Shown in pieces: positions 49,458 through 58,120 of a DNA stretch of 64,000 bases. The stretch covers positions 2,537 through 66,536 of the forward strand of contig CAZZLQ010000001.1 in the NCBI GenBank assembly GCA_964655245.1, given 5' to 3'. Position 1 is the stretch's first letter, and the number at the start of each line of letters is the position of its first letter. This DNA comes from an uncultured Bacteriovoracaceae bacterium (GTDB lineage Bacteria > Bdellovibrionota > UBA2394). Both the position numbers and the translations under genes were made by a program. The notes under the pieces are model-generated. The model had not been told where the DNA came from, made no database searches, and worked only from the letters and a program-made list of their open reading frames with translations.

Positions 49458-49996
49458 AGACTAACCTCTCTGTCTTTGGTTAACTCACGACCGACTTTTA
49501 GACACTGTTCCAAACTCGAGCGAAGGTTCCTCTTCACCTCGTCAATGGAGCCTTTGATTCCCAAGGCTGAGGATCGATCAAGGGTGATTTTGAGAAGTGT
49601 CTTGGCCTCTTCAACCTTTTGAAGCTTGCCGCGTCCATCAACAGACTTTGTCTTGTGCTCGACTTCGACGAGCTCGAGTTTGAGCGCTTGGAGATCATCA
49701 AATTTTTGGAAGACCTCACGGGCTCCTTCGCCGATTTTTTCACCTCGACCAGAGAGGAGCCACTGATAGCCCGTACATTCGAGCCGCTCAGCACTGGGAT
49801 TGGGGGGGAGATCTCGCCAGACACTGATCGTGGCTATGCCATTCTCAATCCGAACGAAATCATAGGAAGTTCGAAAATCGGGCTTCAAGTAGATGATTTC
49901 AAGGGTCTTCAGGAGGCTTTCTTCCTTACTTGCCAAAACCGGAGCCAGCGTCCCGAGGAAGAATGACATAAGCAGTAGACGATTGGCTTTCATCAT
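49454..49996 (-). CDS. Hypothetical secreted/periplasmic protein
   Basis: Signal peptide MMKANRLLLMSFFLGTLAPVLASKE; 180 aa; 4-nt overlap with the HEAT-repeat gene. Confidence 0.5.
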   Translation of the reverse strand: MMKANRLLLMSFFLGTLAPVLASKEESLLKTLEIIYLKPDFRTSYDFVRIENGIATISVWRDLPPNPSAERLECTGYQWLLSGRGEKIGEGAREVFQKFDDLQALKLELVEVEHKTKSVDGRGKLQKVEEAKTLLKITLDRSSALGIKGSIDEVKRNLRSSLEQCLKVGRELTKDREVSL

Positions 49997-50006
49997 TATT
50001 AAAGTA

Positions 50007-51413
50007 ATGAGTCAGTCACTGGACGGCAAGGTGAAAGGAGCCTTCGTGAACTCTCAAATCCAACGATTTCAACACCCTCTGAGTGGCCGCTATGCGAGCC
50101 CGAGTATGCAGTACATTTTTTCAGACTTTTACAAGGCAGTGGCCTGGCGAAAGATTTGGGTGATCTTGGCCGAGGAGCAGCGACGATTGGGACTGCCCAT
50201 TTCAAAACTTCAAGTGCGGCAAATGGAGAAGGGGCTTGAGAAAGTCAAGTTGGAGCGAGTGGCCCACTGGGAATCGAAGCTTAAGCATGATGTGATGGCT
50301 CACCTCAAAGCCTTCGCCGAAGTTGCCCCTAAAGCTGAGCCCATCTTGCATCTTGGAGCAACGTCAGCCTTCGTCACCGATAATGCCGAAGCTCTCATCA
50401 TGAGGTCTGCCACTGAACTTCTTCAATCCAAACTCTTGGTGATTTTGAAGGCTCTCGATCAGTTGAGTCTTAAATACTCCGATCTTGAAATGACGGGCTA
50501 TACTCACTTTCAGCCCGCTCAACCTGTGACATTGGGCAAGCGTCTTGCGCTTTGGGCTCAGGATTTGATGTGGGACTACGAAGAGCTTTCGTTGGTTTTG
50601 CAACGATATCAACCTTTGGGGTGTAAGGGTACCACCGGGACTCAGGCTTCTTTCATGGTTTTGTTTGAGAACGATTTCAGGAAAGTGACTGCGCTTGATC
50701 GAGCGGTTGTCTCTAAAATGGGTTTTAAAAACCCAGTGGGCTTGAGCGGACAGACTCTCTCGCGGAAAATGGATGTTTGGTTTGTTCATGCATTGGCTAA
50801 CCTTGCCGCTTCAATTTCCAAAATGTCTTATGATTTGCGCTTGCTTCAACATCTCGGCGAGCTCAAGGAGCCCTTTGGATCAGACCAGGTTGGATCCTCC
50901 GCGATGCCTTACAAACAAAATCCCATGATGGCAGAGCGAATGACAGGGTTGGCTCGCCATATCATGACTTTGTCTCAAAACGCGATTTGGACTCACTCCG
51001 TTCAGTGGCTTGAAAGGTCCCTCGATGATTCAGCGAATCGTCGACTCACATTGCCGGAGGCATTCCTCACGGCCGACGCTCTGTTGGAGACTCTGCATCG
51101 TCTGGTGAAGGGAATGCGAGTTGAGGAAAGGAATATTCGCAATCACCTCGATAAACACCGCGCTGCGTTCGAAACTGAAGCGTTGATGATGGAGGAGACG
51201 CTCAAGGGGCGCTCTCGCCAGGAAATGCATGAGGAGATTCGAAAGCAGATGCTTCAAGGAGCGCTTAAGGCTCAAGGAAGTCGCTGGAAGTTGTCTGGAG
51301 CTTCAAGCCAGCAGGTCAGAGCTTTTTGCAGGTCGTCTCTCAATCCAATGCTGAAACGTGAATGGAAAAGATTAAAGCCCTCTGATGATTTGTTTGGAAG
51401 TCCTTCGGTGTAG
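50007..51413 (+). CDS. purB: Adenylosuccinate lyase
   Basis: Fumarate-lyase superfamily signature (GSSAMPYKQNP) plus ADSL-specific regions (YTHFQPAQPVTLGKR). Start taken at the internal ATG at 50007; the ORF-track start at 49893 is antisense-overlapping. Confidence 0.88.
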   Translation: MSQSLDGKVKGAFVNSQIQRFQHPLSGRYASPSMQYIFSDFYKAVAWRKIWVILAEEQRRLGLPISKLQVRQMEKGLEKVKLERVAHWESKLKHDVMAHLKAFAEVAPKAEPILHLGATSAFVTDNAEALIMRSATELLQSKLLVILKALDQLSLKYSDLEMTGYTHFQPAQPVTLGKRLALWAQDLMWDYEELSLVLQRYQPLGCKGTTGTQASFMVLFENDFRKVTALDRAVVSKMGFKNPVGLSGQTLSRKMDVWFVHALANLAASISKMSYDLRLLQHLGELKEPFGSDQVGSSAMPYKQNPMMAERMTGLARHIMTLSQNAIWTHSVQWLERSLDDSANRRLTLPEAFLTADALLETLHRLVKGMRVEERNIRNHLDKHRAAFETEALMMEETLKGRSRQEMHEEIRKQMLQGALKAQGSRWKLSGASSQQVRAFCRSSLNPMLKREWKRLKPSDDLFGSPSV

Positions 51414-51420
51414 TTAAAAA

Positions 51421-51493
51421 AGAGAGGCGATTTGAGTCTTGTTGCGAATATCGCAGCCTAGATCGGCATCCCTTACAACTCAAATCGCCCCTC
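51421..51493. terminator. Long inverted repeat (about 15-bp arms, ~40-nt loop) between purB and the minus-strand lipoprotein operon; terminator-like for the minus strand
   Basis: AGAGAGGCGATTTGAGT ... ACTCAAATCGCCCCTCT with an internal GCGAATATCGC mini-palindrome. Preceded on the + strand by AAAAA, which is a T-run on the minus strand. Confidence 0.5.
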
Positions 51494-51523
51494 TGCTAAG
51501 TACCCCCTAGGAAACTTTTCAGG

Positions 51524-52375
51524 TCATGGTCCAAAGCTAAACAGCACTCCTCGTTCGGAGTCGTACTCGCCGTCGAGACTATGTCCCGATGTGCTTCTGA
51601 GTTCCGCTGTTGGACGAATCTTGATCAAAAGCCATGGTGACCACTGCGGCCAGCCGTTGAGCGGCATGAAGCGCAGTGTATTGCAAACATTGCTAGGCGG
51701 TGGACAGCGCAAGCACACCTGTCCGCTCAGCGCTGGAATGGTGATGTTCCCCCCGGCAAATGAAAGTCCCGAAATCTGAAAGGCATCATTCCACATATTG
51801 GAACAATAGTTGTTAATGTTCGGGTAGATGGGTTTTGAAAACTGCACATCGATGGGATTGCCCGGCATAATCAAATAGGACTCGGGCTTGATCTTGCTCA
51901 CATGAAATGCCCCACCGCTTGCATTGGTTGCAAACTCTTCTGTTCTAAATTCGAATGAGTAAGGCGCAATGAGATAGCCTTCACTGTCTTTAAGATATTC
52001 AGTGTAAACGCGGTATGTAACGCCGGGATCCATCGCCATTGGTGAGCCGTTGATCATCCGTGTGAATTCTAATCGGCTGTTTCCGTTGGTGAGTTGAATT
52101 TGACCGGCAAGAGGATTGCCAGCTTCATCCTCGATTCTAAAACTAAAATAATCGATGGAGCGCTGATCCAGAGGTCCAGAGAACTGAATAAGAACTTCGG
52201 CGTCCATAGGAATCTCTTCATCGTTTTCAAAAGGGTAGTGTTCGACAACTGAAACAGTTGCCGAAAGATTCGCATTTCCTACTCGGTTCACCTTTGTGGC
52301 GGAGAGATCTGCCATGCAGCCGGACAGACCCCATGAGAGCGCAATCACAAGAGGGCTCAAGCTAAGCTTTTTCAT
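51524..52375 (-). CDS. Lipoprotein with an Ig-like (SbsA/Big_5-type) domain
   Basis: Lipobox LSGC after a signal peptide; the Ig-like-domain pattern (VLIQFSGPLDQRSI...FRIEDEAGNPLAGQIQLTNGNSRLEF...GVTYRVYTEYLKDSEGY). Confidence 0.6.
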   Translation of the reverse strand: MKKLSLSPLVIALSWGLSGCMADLSATKVNRVGNANLSATVSVVEHYPFENDEEIPMDAEVLIQFSGPLDQRSIDYFSFRIEDEAGNPLAGQIQLTNGNSRLEFTRMINGSPMAMDPGVTYRVYTEYLKDSEGYLIAPYSFEFRTEEFATNASGGAFHVSKIKPESYLIMPGNPIDVQFSKPIYPNINNYCSNMWNDAFQISGLSFAGGNITIPALSGQVCLRCPPPSNVCNTLRFMPLNGWPQWSPWLLIKIRPTAELRSTSGHSLDGEYDSERGVLFSFGP

Positions 52376-53610
52376 AAGCCACCGCCTCCTAAAAAGTTAA
52401 ACAGAAGGGCTCTAGGATCCTGAAAGCCTGTTGGCAAAGTCATTCCTGAGAAGTGCAAAAACGCTCCTGCTGCCATTCCATTGTTTTCGAGCGCTTTGGG
52501 CGTAGATGTTCCAAAGCTCTCGAGATCAAAAAATCCGCTGAGAACGACCACGACGGCTTGGGCAATATCGTCAGGATAGGTTTTTCCGGGATCCAACTCG
52601 AACACGAGAACGCGTCGGCCGTTTTCCGTTCGAACTTTACCCGAAAGTTGCTGATAAAAATTCTGCTGAACAAACTGGTTCCATGCAGCTGTATTGTTCA
52701 TGGCATTACTCATGTTTTGAAGGAGGTTGGATGTCATTGTTGAAGAGCTCAAGACTCCTACGACCATGCCTCCAAATTGGCTGATTGGGGTTGGCGGAAT
52801 TTCAGGACGCTGCACGAGGGCTGAGGTCGTCTCCGAAAAATGCCGAATCGGTTCAGTAAACAAAACACGAATCGGGGTGTTGGCCACCCAAGTGGTGTAA
52901 CTCGAGATCGCATCTCGCAACGATTCGGATCCAAAGCTTCCTCCGGAGATGAGTTTGCCCGGTGTGATCGCTCGAATTTTGAGAAACGCTTGAGATGAAT
53001 CTGAGTATTGATTGGATGTGATGAAAGTGGTGCTTCCGCTAATCAGGGGCACGGTGCCCGATTCGTCGCGGATTCCAGTGAGCTCTGCGGGGGCATTGGC
53101 AGATCCCTCGGGGCTGGCTCTCCACATCAAAAAGTATCGCCGCATGGGCAGGAAGAAGCGATTGGGAGGGCGCAGCTTCAGTTGAGAAACCAGGACGGGG
53201 TTTCCATTGGCATCCTTTGCTCCGGAAGGATCGGGAACAAAGCGTGCTGTCGGAGTAACATTTCCAGGAACTCGAGCTCCTTCATCAGTAAAGAGTTCAA
53301 AGTTTTCCGGACGAGCAGAGTAGGCATCAATTCGGCGATTGAATGTGATCCGAATCTCTTCATCGGGATTTACTCGCATCTGTTCGTTGATGGGAAGAAA
53401 GTTGACGACAGGCCGACCAGCGGAATCCTTGATTGCACGCCCCGATGCATCTCTTTGCACTCGCTCAACGCCAACTTGAGTGACTTCAAGTGTGCCTGCT
53501 AGGTTTTCGTAGTATTGAGGTGAGGGGCTTTGCACGCCGCCGACACAGGCACTGAGTAAAGTGCAGGCTGCAAAGAGAGGGCTTAGTTTTTGTTTTGAAA
53601 AAAATCTCAA
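52372..53610 (-). CDS. Lipoprotein with Ig-like domain(s), paralogous to its neighbours
   Basis: Lipobox LSAC; Ig-like domain pattern (EEIRITFNRRIDAYSARPENFELFTDEGARVPGNV...). ATGA overlap with the downstream gene. Confidence 0.6.
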   Translation of the reverse strand: MRFFSKQKLSPLFAACTLLSACVGGVQSPSPQYYENLAGTLEVTQVGVERVQRDASGRAIKDSAGRPVVNFLPINEQMRVNPDEEIRITFNRRIDAYSARPENFELFTDEGARVPGNVTPTARFVPDPSGAKDANGNPVLVSQLKLRPPNRFFLPMRRYFLMWRASPEGSANAPAELTGIRDESGTVPLISGSTTFITSNQYSDSSQAFLKIRAITPGKLISGGSFGSESLRDAISSYTTWVANTPIRVLFTEPIRHFSETTSALVQRPEIPPTPISQFGGMVVGVLSSSTMTSNLLQNMSNAMNNTAAWNQFVQQNFYQQLSGKVRTENGRRVLVFELDPGKTYPDDIAQAVVVVLSGFFDLESFGTSTPKALENNGMAAGAFLHFSGMTLPTGFQDPRALLFNFLGGGGL

Positions 53611-53642
53611 AAGAAAATCTCCCCTGGTTATCTTTCCAACAA

Positions 53643-53712
53643 CCTTTCAAAGCAAATCACTGCCTCTTGATTTGCTTTGAAAGGGGCTGAAAGCTTCAAC
53701 AGCGTTCAGCCC
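53643..53712 (-). terminator. Two stacked perfect hairpins (17-bp stem with 8-nt loop, then 8-bp stem) within the lipoprotein operon; candidate internal terminator or attenuator
   Basis: CCTTTCAAAGCAAATCA-ctgcctct-TGATTTGCTTTGAAAGG (perfect 17-bp arms, 53643-53684) immediately followed by GGGCTGAA-agcttcaacagcg-TTCAGCCC (53685-53712). On the minus strand the large hairpin is followed by a T-rich tract (TTGTTGG). Confidence 0.55.
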
Positions 53713-53739
53713 TTTCGAAGGTAAGATATTGATCGGGTC

Positions 53740-54708
53740 TTAGTTACCCGTTGTGAATGGCGAGAAGTACGAGCCATTCATATAAACTTCCGCATTGGAG
53801 CGTAAGCTTCTTGCAACAACCAACAAGTAGTTCTTGTTGGGAACGAAGCCGCTACCCCCAGCGCTAACAATCACTTGGTTGCCCTGAACCTGAGCTTGAA
53901 CGCCCGGGATCGGATTCAACAGAGGCATTCCAGGAACCCATCCCGATTGAAGTTCATAGATTCGAATCGAGCTCGCAACAGTCAATTGATCCACGGAATC
54001 ATTGAACTGAATGATGATACTGGTGTTCGGAGGAACGTTACCGATTCCTAGGAAATTTCCGAACAAGCCGCTCAAAATGCTCGTTCCAAAGGTTTGACCG
54101 AAGCTGGTCCAGTCGAACACAAAGTTTCCGGCCGCATCAACAGAGCCAAATTGATCGACGTTTGTTGACTTAAGCTGTCGGGGAATTCCCACAACGGCGT
54201 AAGGATAAAATTGCTCAGATTGTGCACAACTTGAGCCCAGGATGTCCCCAGTCGTAAAAGTCACAGAGTCTCTTTGAATGCCGACAGATCCAAAGGGAGT
54301 ATCGCGGAAGGACATTCCGTAATTGTGATTGGGGATGAGAGCTTTCTTGGGCTTAAAGATAAACTTACAGCCTTTAGAAACGTCTGCAGGATCGACCAAC
54401 ATAGGAGCCGCCATTGTGGTGTCTACGGGAACATCAGGACCCGTGTTCATTGAGAACAGCGTGAAAGCCGATGAAACATCGTTCCAGTTACAGGCACGAG
54501 CATCGCCCACGGACACAGTGAATGTGCTTCGTCGGCAGACGTTGGATTGTCCTTGAGTGGGGTTGATCCATGTGACGGAGTCGGGATCAGCATCGACGTT
54601 TTCATTTGGAAACGGTCGACCGCCAGATCCACCAGATCCACAAGCATTCAAAAGAAAGCCTGCGACAAAACTCAATACGAGAGTTTTGGTTTGAATTGAA
54701 GATTTCAT
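53740..54708 (-). CDS. Lipoprotein with Ig-like domain(s), first gene of a three-paralog cluster
   Basis: Start taken at the internal ATG at 54708 (MKSSIQTKTLVLSFVAGFLLNACGSGGSGG, lipobox LNAC); Ig-like pattern (TWINPTQGQSNV..STFTVSV...). The ORF-track start at 54777 adds 23 non-signal residues. Confidence 0.6.
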   Translation of the reverse strand: MKSSIQTKTLVLSFVAGFLLNACGSGGSGGRPFPNENVDADPDSVTWINPTQGQSNVCRRSTFTVSVGDARACNWNDVSSAFTLFSMNTGPDVPVDTTMAAPMLVDPADVSKGCKFIFKPKKALIPNHNYGMSFRDTPFGSVGIQRDSVTFTTGDILGSSCAQSEQFYPYAVVGIPRQLKSTNVDQFGSVDAAGNFVFDWTSFGQTFGTSILSGLFGNFLGIGNVPPNTSIIIQFNDSVDQLTVASSIRIYELQSGWVPGMPLLNPIPGVQAQVQGNQVIVSAGGSGFVPNKNYLLVVARSLRSNAEVYMNGSYFSPFTTGN

Positions 54709-54857
54709 AGTGTTCTTACCTTCCCTATTTTTTTGAAGTCGGATTCCCTTCTTAAAAGGCAAGAAATAGCGCCCCAACTTCTTGGCACTACTCCCATCAA
54801 AGGCCTATGATCGCAATCCTTGTGCCAGGTATGAAAAAGAGTGCGTGGTAGGCTAAG

Positions 54858-55229
54858 TCATTGAAGTCGTTGGTTTTTTGGAGGGGTCCGGAACCTGCCT
54901 CGAGGGGGGACGGTGGGGCATCGAGGTCTCAAGACCAGGTCTGAGAGCCCCTTGAGGCTTCCGCCGAAGTCCACGGCAATGATTCGGCACTCGCGTCCAG
55001 AGCCTGGTATTTTCCAAGATCGACTCCCCCTCTGTAGCTGTAAATGCATTTTGTTTATAGAGAGTTGAACATCTCGAAGGCTCGATGTGCGCTGAGTCAC
55101 GGTGGCAGTTCGGTAGTTGTGTATCAAAAACTGAAGGGCAATCACGCCACTGCTGATAAAAATACTTAGCCAGAGGCCAAGGCTAAGCGTCTCAAACCCT
55201 CGCTGTTTAGAGTGAGATGTCGTAATCAC
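54858..55229 (-). CDS. Hypothetical small membrane-anchored protein (weak pseudopilin-like N-terminus)
   Basis: N-terminal ...KQRGFETLSLGLWLSIFISSGVIAL resembles, but does not match, the prepilin G-F-T-L-x-E processing motif; 123 aa. Confidence 0.4.
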   Translation of the reverse strand: MITTSHSKQRGFETLSLGLWLSIFISSGVIALQFLIHNYRTATVTQRTSSLRDVQLSINKMHLQLQRGSRSWKIPGSGRECRIIAVDFGGSLKGLSDLVLRPRCPTVPPRGRFRTPPKNQRLQ

Positions 55230-55938
55230 TTTGATCCCTCAGTCGTTTTACGTTGTGATCCCATGGCACCTGACACTTGGATTGCAGTGAGCGATGCACG
55301 AGGATGCGAGTGGGTTCGAGATCCGAGATTGAGTCGCCTTTGCCCAGAACAGAGCGAAACGGTTTGAACGCGAGGCGGTAAGTATTTCGTTCATTGAATT
55401 GCTCACTCGGTACAAGCGCTAACGGAGGGGTGAACTTGTCCAGTGATGAGCCCTGTTGGACGGTTGGTCTGACAAGCTCGCGCTTCAGTCCGTCGCTCGT
55501 TTGAAGAGCTGTCTCCAAGACGCCAAAGTGCTCCCCAAGTTGATTCACATTTTTGAGAGCCATGAAACGTCGAAGCTGCTTTGCCATTTGAAGCCTTCTG
55601 AGATGATCTTGAGCCTGCATGATACGCTGGCCACGTCCTTGGAGGCGCTCAAGCTTCAACAGCGCACTGGGGCAGTATGCGGGATCGGCAATGCAAAGTG
55701 CGACCTCCCCGATCATCTGGACTTGAACGAGTCTAATCTGAGAATTCAGGGGTTTGATTTGCAGCTGGTAGAAAGCCTTTTGAGAGTGGCAGAGGCTCAA
55801 TGTGGTCGCATCTAATCTGATCTGTTCTGAGGCTGAATGCATCCAATGAGCGCTTAAAGTCATGGTAAAGGCGATGACCCCACTGAGGGGGGCCAGAAAA
55901 AGCAGGAAGAACAGAATCATGAAAGGGTCTGGATGCAA
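55207..55938 (-). CDS. Hypothetical membrane-anchored protein
   Basis: 243-aa ORF with a hydrophobic N-terminus (MILFFLLFLAPLSGVIAFTMTL); overlaps the downstream small gene by 23 nt, suggesting co-transcription. Confidence 0.45.
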   Translation of the reverse strand: MHPDPFMILFFLLFLAPLSGVIAFTMTLSAHWMHSASEQIRLDATTLSLCHSQKAFYQLQIKPLNSQIRLVQVQMIGEVALCIADPAYCPSALLKLERLQGRGQRIMQAQDHLRRLQMAKQLRRFMALKNVNQLGEHFGVLETALQTSDGLKRELVRPTVQQGSSLDKFTPPLALVPSEQFNERNTYRLAFKPFRSVLGKGDSISDLEPTRILVHRSLQSKCQVPWDHNVKRLRDQSDYDISL

Positions 55939-56121
55939 AACCCGTGAGGGGAGGGAGGTCTCGTTGAGAGAGATCCTCTCTGCTCCGTCGTCAATCGTAA
56001 GTTCTTACAGATTGATCGAGGACCGGAAAAGCAGGCTTAGGAAGTTGACAGAATGGAGACCCCTGGCGAAGTTTATGGAAGGAATTAGTTTCACAGTCTT
56101 TTTGAGAAAGAGAGGTTCGTT

Positions 56122-57213
56122 GTGATTATCGGTTGCCCTAAAGAGATTAAGGATAATGAATACCGAGTTGGTTTGACTCCTGCAGGTGCCGCTGTCTTGG
56201 TTCAAGATGGTCACGATGTCTTCATTCAAAAGGGTGCGGGCCTCGGTAGTGGGTTGACTGATGAGCAGTACACTCAGGTCGGAGCCAAGATTTTGGATAC
56301 AGCCGCTCAAGTTTTTGAAAAGGCTGAGATGATCATCAAGGTCAAAGAACCTCAAGCTGTTGAAGTGAAAATGATGCGCGAGGGACAGATCTTGTTCACT
56401 TATTTGCATCTCGCTCCTGCTCCTGAACTGACCAAGATGCTTCTCGATGCCAAGATCTCAGGGATTGCCTACGAGACTATTGAGCTCAATGACGGATCTC
56501 TTCCCTTGCTTCGTCCTATGTCTGAAGTCGCTGGTCGAGTCAGTGTTCAGATTGGCGCTCACTATCTGCAGAAAGATAGAGGCGGAAGCGGCGTTCTGTT
56601 GGGCGGAGTTCCCGGCGTGAAGCCTGCCAAGGTGACTATTCTGGGCGCGGGAGTTGTGGGAATTAACGCCTTGAAAATGGCTGTCGGCATGGGTGCTCAG
56701 GTCTCTGTTTTTGATATCAATCCGGTTCGTTTGGCATATCTCGATGATATCTACGGCGGTCGGATTTCAACCTTGGTCTCGAGTGCTGAGGCTATTGCAG
56801 ATGAAGTGGCTCACTCTGATCTTTTGATCGGGGGAGTTTTGATCACCGGAGCAAAAGCTCCTCGCTTGGTCACTCGCCAGATGTTGACCCGTATGCGACC
56901 AAACTCAGTTGCCGTTGATGTGGCGATTGATCAAGGTGGATGCTTCGAATCAAGCAAGGCTACCACGCACTCTCATCCCACTTATTTTGATTCAGGTGTT
57001 TTGCACTATTGTGTTTCAAACATTCCCGGCGCTGTTTCTCGAACGTCCACTTTTGCGCTGACCAACGTGACATTGCCATACGCTCGCAAACTTGCGGGAA
57101 TGGGCCTGCGAAAGGCCCTCAAAGAGGACTTGGCCTTGGCCAAGGGGCTCAATGTTCACGCAGGAGAGATCACTCAAAAGGCAGTCGCCGAGGCCTTCGA
57201 ATCATATCGATAA
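56122..57213 (+). CDS. ald: Alanine dehydrogenase
   Basis: [26 protein letters not shown]-binding GAGVVG and full-length AlaDH homology; GTG start. Confidence 0.9.
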   Translation: MIIGCPKEIKDNEYRVGLTPAGAAVLVQDGHDVFIQKGAGLGSGLTDEQYTQVGAKILDTAAQVFEKAEMIIKVKEPQAVEVKMMREGQILFTYLHLAPAPELTKMLLDAKISGIAYETIELNDGSLPLLRPMSEVAGRVSVQIGAHYLQKDRGGSGVLLGGVPGVKPAKVTILGAGVVGINALKMAVGMGAQVSVFDINPVRLAYLDDIYGGRISTLVSSAEAIADEVAHSDLLIGGVLITGAKAPRLVTRQMLTRMRPNSVAVDVAIDQGGCFESSKATTHSHPTYFDSGVLHYCVSNIPGAVSRTSTFALTNVTLPYARKLAGMGLRKALKEDLALAKGLNVHAGEITQKAVAEAFESYR

Positions 57214-57273
57214 GTTAGAGAGCTCACGGTCCTGCTGCGGCGCTTCAGGCTGAAGCAACGCTATAATAGGACC

Positions 57274-58107
57274 GTGGGCGTTTCTTCCCCAGGACGTATT
57301 CTTCTCTGTGACTTTGATGGAGCTTTTCAGTTTGCGGAAGAGCTTGCGTCGGTTGGCTTCCTTGTCGATCAGATTCGTCCCGATGCTTTGAGGCAAGTGG
57401 CTGTCGGGGATCATGATCTGTTTTTGTTTTCCTTTGAAACGTTGGATGGATTGAATCGGGCTCTCAAAACTTGTGACAAGCTAAAGGCTGCTCAATTGTC
57501 GACGCCGATTGGACTGTTGGCTCGTGCGCAGCTTGGTCCAGATTTTCTCAATCACCAGCAATCAAGTTCACCGGCGGATCTTTATGTTCATGCGCCTCGA
57601 TCGGTGTCGGTGTTACTTGATGAGCTCAGCGAGATTCTCGGCTGTCCCCTGCCGCCACACTTCAAGTCGAACAGTTTCTTCCTTGAGGGAGATGTTGAGT
57701 CTGAGAATCTGATTGAAGAGTATCGTGCTCATATTGCTCAGCTTGAGGAGGAAGTCAGAAATCTTCGCAGGCGAAATCTTGATGAGCCTCATTCAGAAGA
57801 TAAAGAGGATCTGCGACCCCGTCTTAAAGCTTTGTTGGAGGGCCAGAAGTTGCAGTTTCAAACGGAGTCGGAAAAAATCAAGATTCAGCTATCGGAAATG
57901 GAAGCTCAGCTTTTGGACCGTGAGGCAAAGACCCACGAGCTTGAGTCCCTCGTCGCTCAGCTCTACAAAAAAATGGATGAGATTTCTGAGTCACATGAAA
58001 AAGCTCAAAACACTCTGCGCGCCTTCTATATGCAAAAGCTCCAGTTGATGGAGAGCGAAAAGAAGGAGCTCGAGCAAAAAATGACTTCTCAATCTCCGCG
58101 CAGATGA
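57274..58107 (+). CDS. Hypothetical protein with a degenerate receiver-like N-terminal domain and a C-terminal coiled coil (FrzS-like architecture)
   Basis: N-terminus RILLCDFDGAFQ...VGDHDLFLFSFETLDG...K has receiver-like spacing; the C-terminal ~140 aa are heptad-rich (EEEVRNLRRRNL...KIKIQLSEMEAQLLDREAKTHELESLVAQLYKKM). Confidence 0.45.
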   Translation: MGVSSPGRILLCDFDGAFQFAEELASVGFLVDQIRPDALRQVAVGDHDLFLFSFETLDGLNRALKTCDKLKAAQLSTPIGLLARAQLGPDFLNHQQSSSPADLYVHAPRSVSVLLDELSEILGCPLPPHFKSNSFFLEGDVESENLIEEYRAHIAQLEEEVRNLRRRNLDEPHSEDKEDLRPRLKALLEGQKLQFQTESEKIKIQLSEMEAQLLDREAKTHELESLVAQLYKKMDEISESHEKAQNTLRAFYMQKLQLMESEKKELEQKMTSQSPRR

Positions 58108-58120
58108 TCTATGAGGCAGC

